Source of the DNA: Candidatus Bathyarchaeota archaeon | GTDB taxonomy: Archaea; Thermoproteota; Bathyarchaeia; Bathyarchaeales; Bathycorpusculaceae | Direction: 5' to 3' | DNA: 64,000 bases | Assembly (NCBI GenBank): GCA_963717465.1 | Contig: OY970340.1 | Span: 2,240,001 to 2,304,000 of the forward strand | Shown here: positions 63,673-64,000 of the stretch, in pieces | How positions within the stretch are numbered: the stretch's first letter is position 1 | How the letters are laid out: the number at the start of each line of letters is the position of its first letter | Position numbers and translations under genes: made by a program | The notes under the pieces: model-generated | Database searches by the model: none | The model's input: only the letters and a program-made list of their open reading frames with translations | Told to the model about the DNA's origin: nothing

Positions 63673-64000
63673 TTACCATGCTTTTTTGCCTGGTGCAAAC
63701 TCCAAATCATCAAATCTAAATGCCTTTGCAGGACAATTTAACTCGCATTTCATGCATGCATGCCCCGTGCAACGTTCACTGGAGACTTTTACGATATATT
63801 GCCCGTCTTTCTCTTCGATTTTAAGCGCCCTTGACATGCAGTTTTGTTCGCATGTCTTGCATCCAGTGCAACCTTCAAACATGGCTTTTAGCACTATGCC
63901 AGCATGCTCGATTATATGCAAACCTTTCGGACCAAAATCAGCTATATCCCTGATAACGATTCTGTGGACGTTTGCATCGTTTCTATGACCAGGATAGTGA
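63673..64000 (-). CDS. 4Fe-4S ferredoxin-domain protein (5' part outside window)
   Basis: CTGCKTCEQNC and CTGHACMKCELNCP; the frame stays open to the window edge. Confidence 0.8.
   Translation of the reverse strand, partial: HYPGHRNDANVHRIVIRDIADFGPKGLHIIEHAGIVLKAMFEGCTGCKTCEQNCMSRALKIEEKDGQYIVKVSSERCTGHACMKCELNCPAKAFRFDDLEFAPGKKAW

Noticed and set aside
1..64000. tRNA, rRNA, transposase or integrase genes
   Set aside because: None recognised by eye; tRNAscan-SE, Infernal and IS searches would be needed to exclude them fully.

Overview
Archaeal chromosome segment, most consistent with Bathyarchaeia/TACK (inference from a Cren7-like gene, Tsr3, DUF1616/DUF2206 genes, TATA/BRE promoters and several Hdr paralogs). 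It has three parts. (1) About 1-40.3 kb is a cell-surface island: a UDP-Glc > UDP-GlcA > UDP-Xyl module (galU, ugd, uxs), three large modular membrane-anchored surface proteins, a secreted beta-helix protein, four GT4 and three GT2 glycosyltransferases, a DUF2206 membrane protein, and an O-acetyltransferase, deacetylase, DUF1919 protein and methyltransferase. Embedded in it are an orphan hemA and a five-gene operon: PaaK-like CoA ligase, two GNAT-SCP2 proteins, a B12 radical SAM enzyme and a HemB paralog whose A-side substrate residues are replaced. This is the best candidate for an undescribed system, hypothetically ALA-derived pyrrole acylation of surface glycans. (2) About 41-51.6 kb holds housekeeping and accessory genes (G1 peptidase, PadR, nnr, tsr3, LysE, macro domain, RDD). 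It also holds two features absent from the ORF track: a 54-aa Cren7-like gene and a C/D-box sRNA whose D' guide fits the 23S P-loop Gm2251, plus a decayed copy 1.37 kb upstream. (3) About 51.7-64 kb is a heterodisulfide reductase supercluster (hdrB, hdrC, hdrB, hdrL-like, hdrA, mvhD-ferredoxin, hdrA-mvhD, hdrC) with complementary motif losses between HdrA paralogs. Many conserved genes are split by 1-nt indels, most likely read or assembly errors. No tRNA, rRNA, CRISPR array or transposase was recognised. All family calls come from motif recognition; no database search was run.
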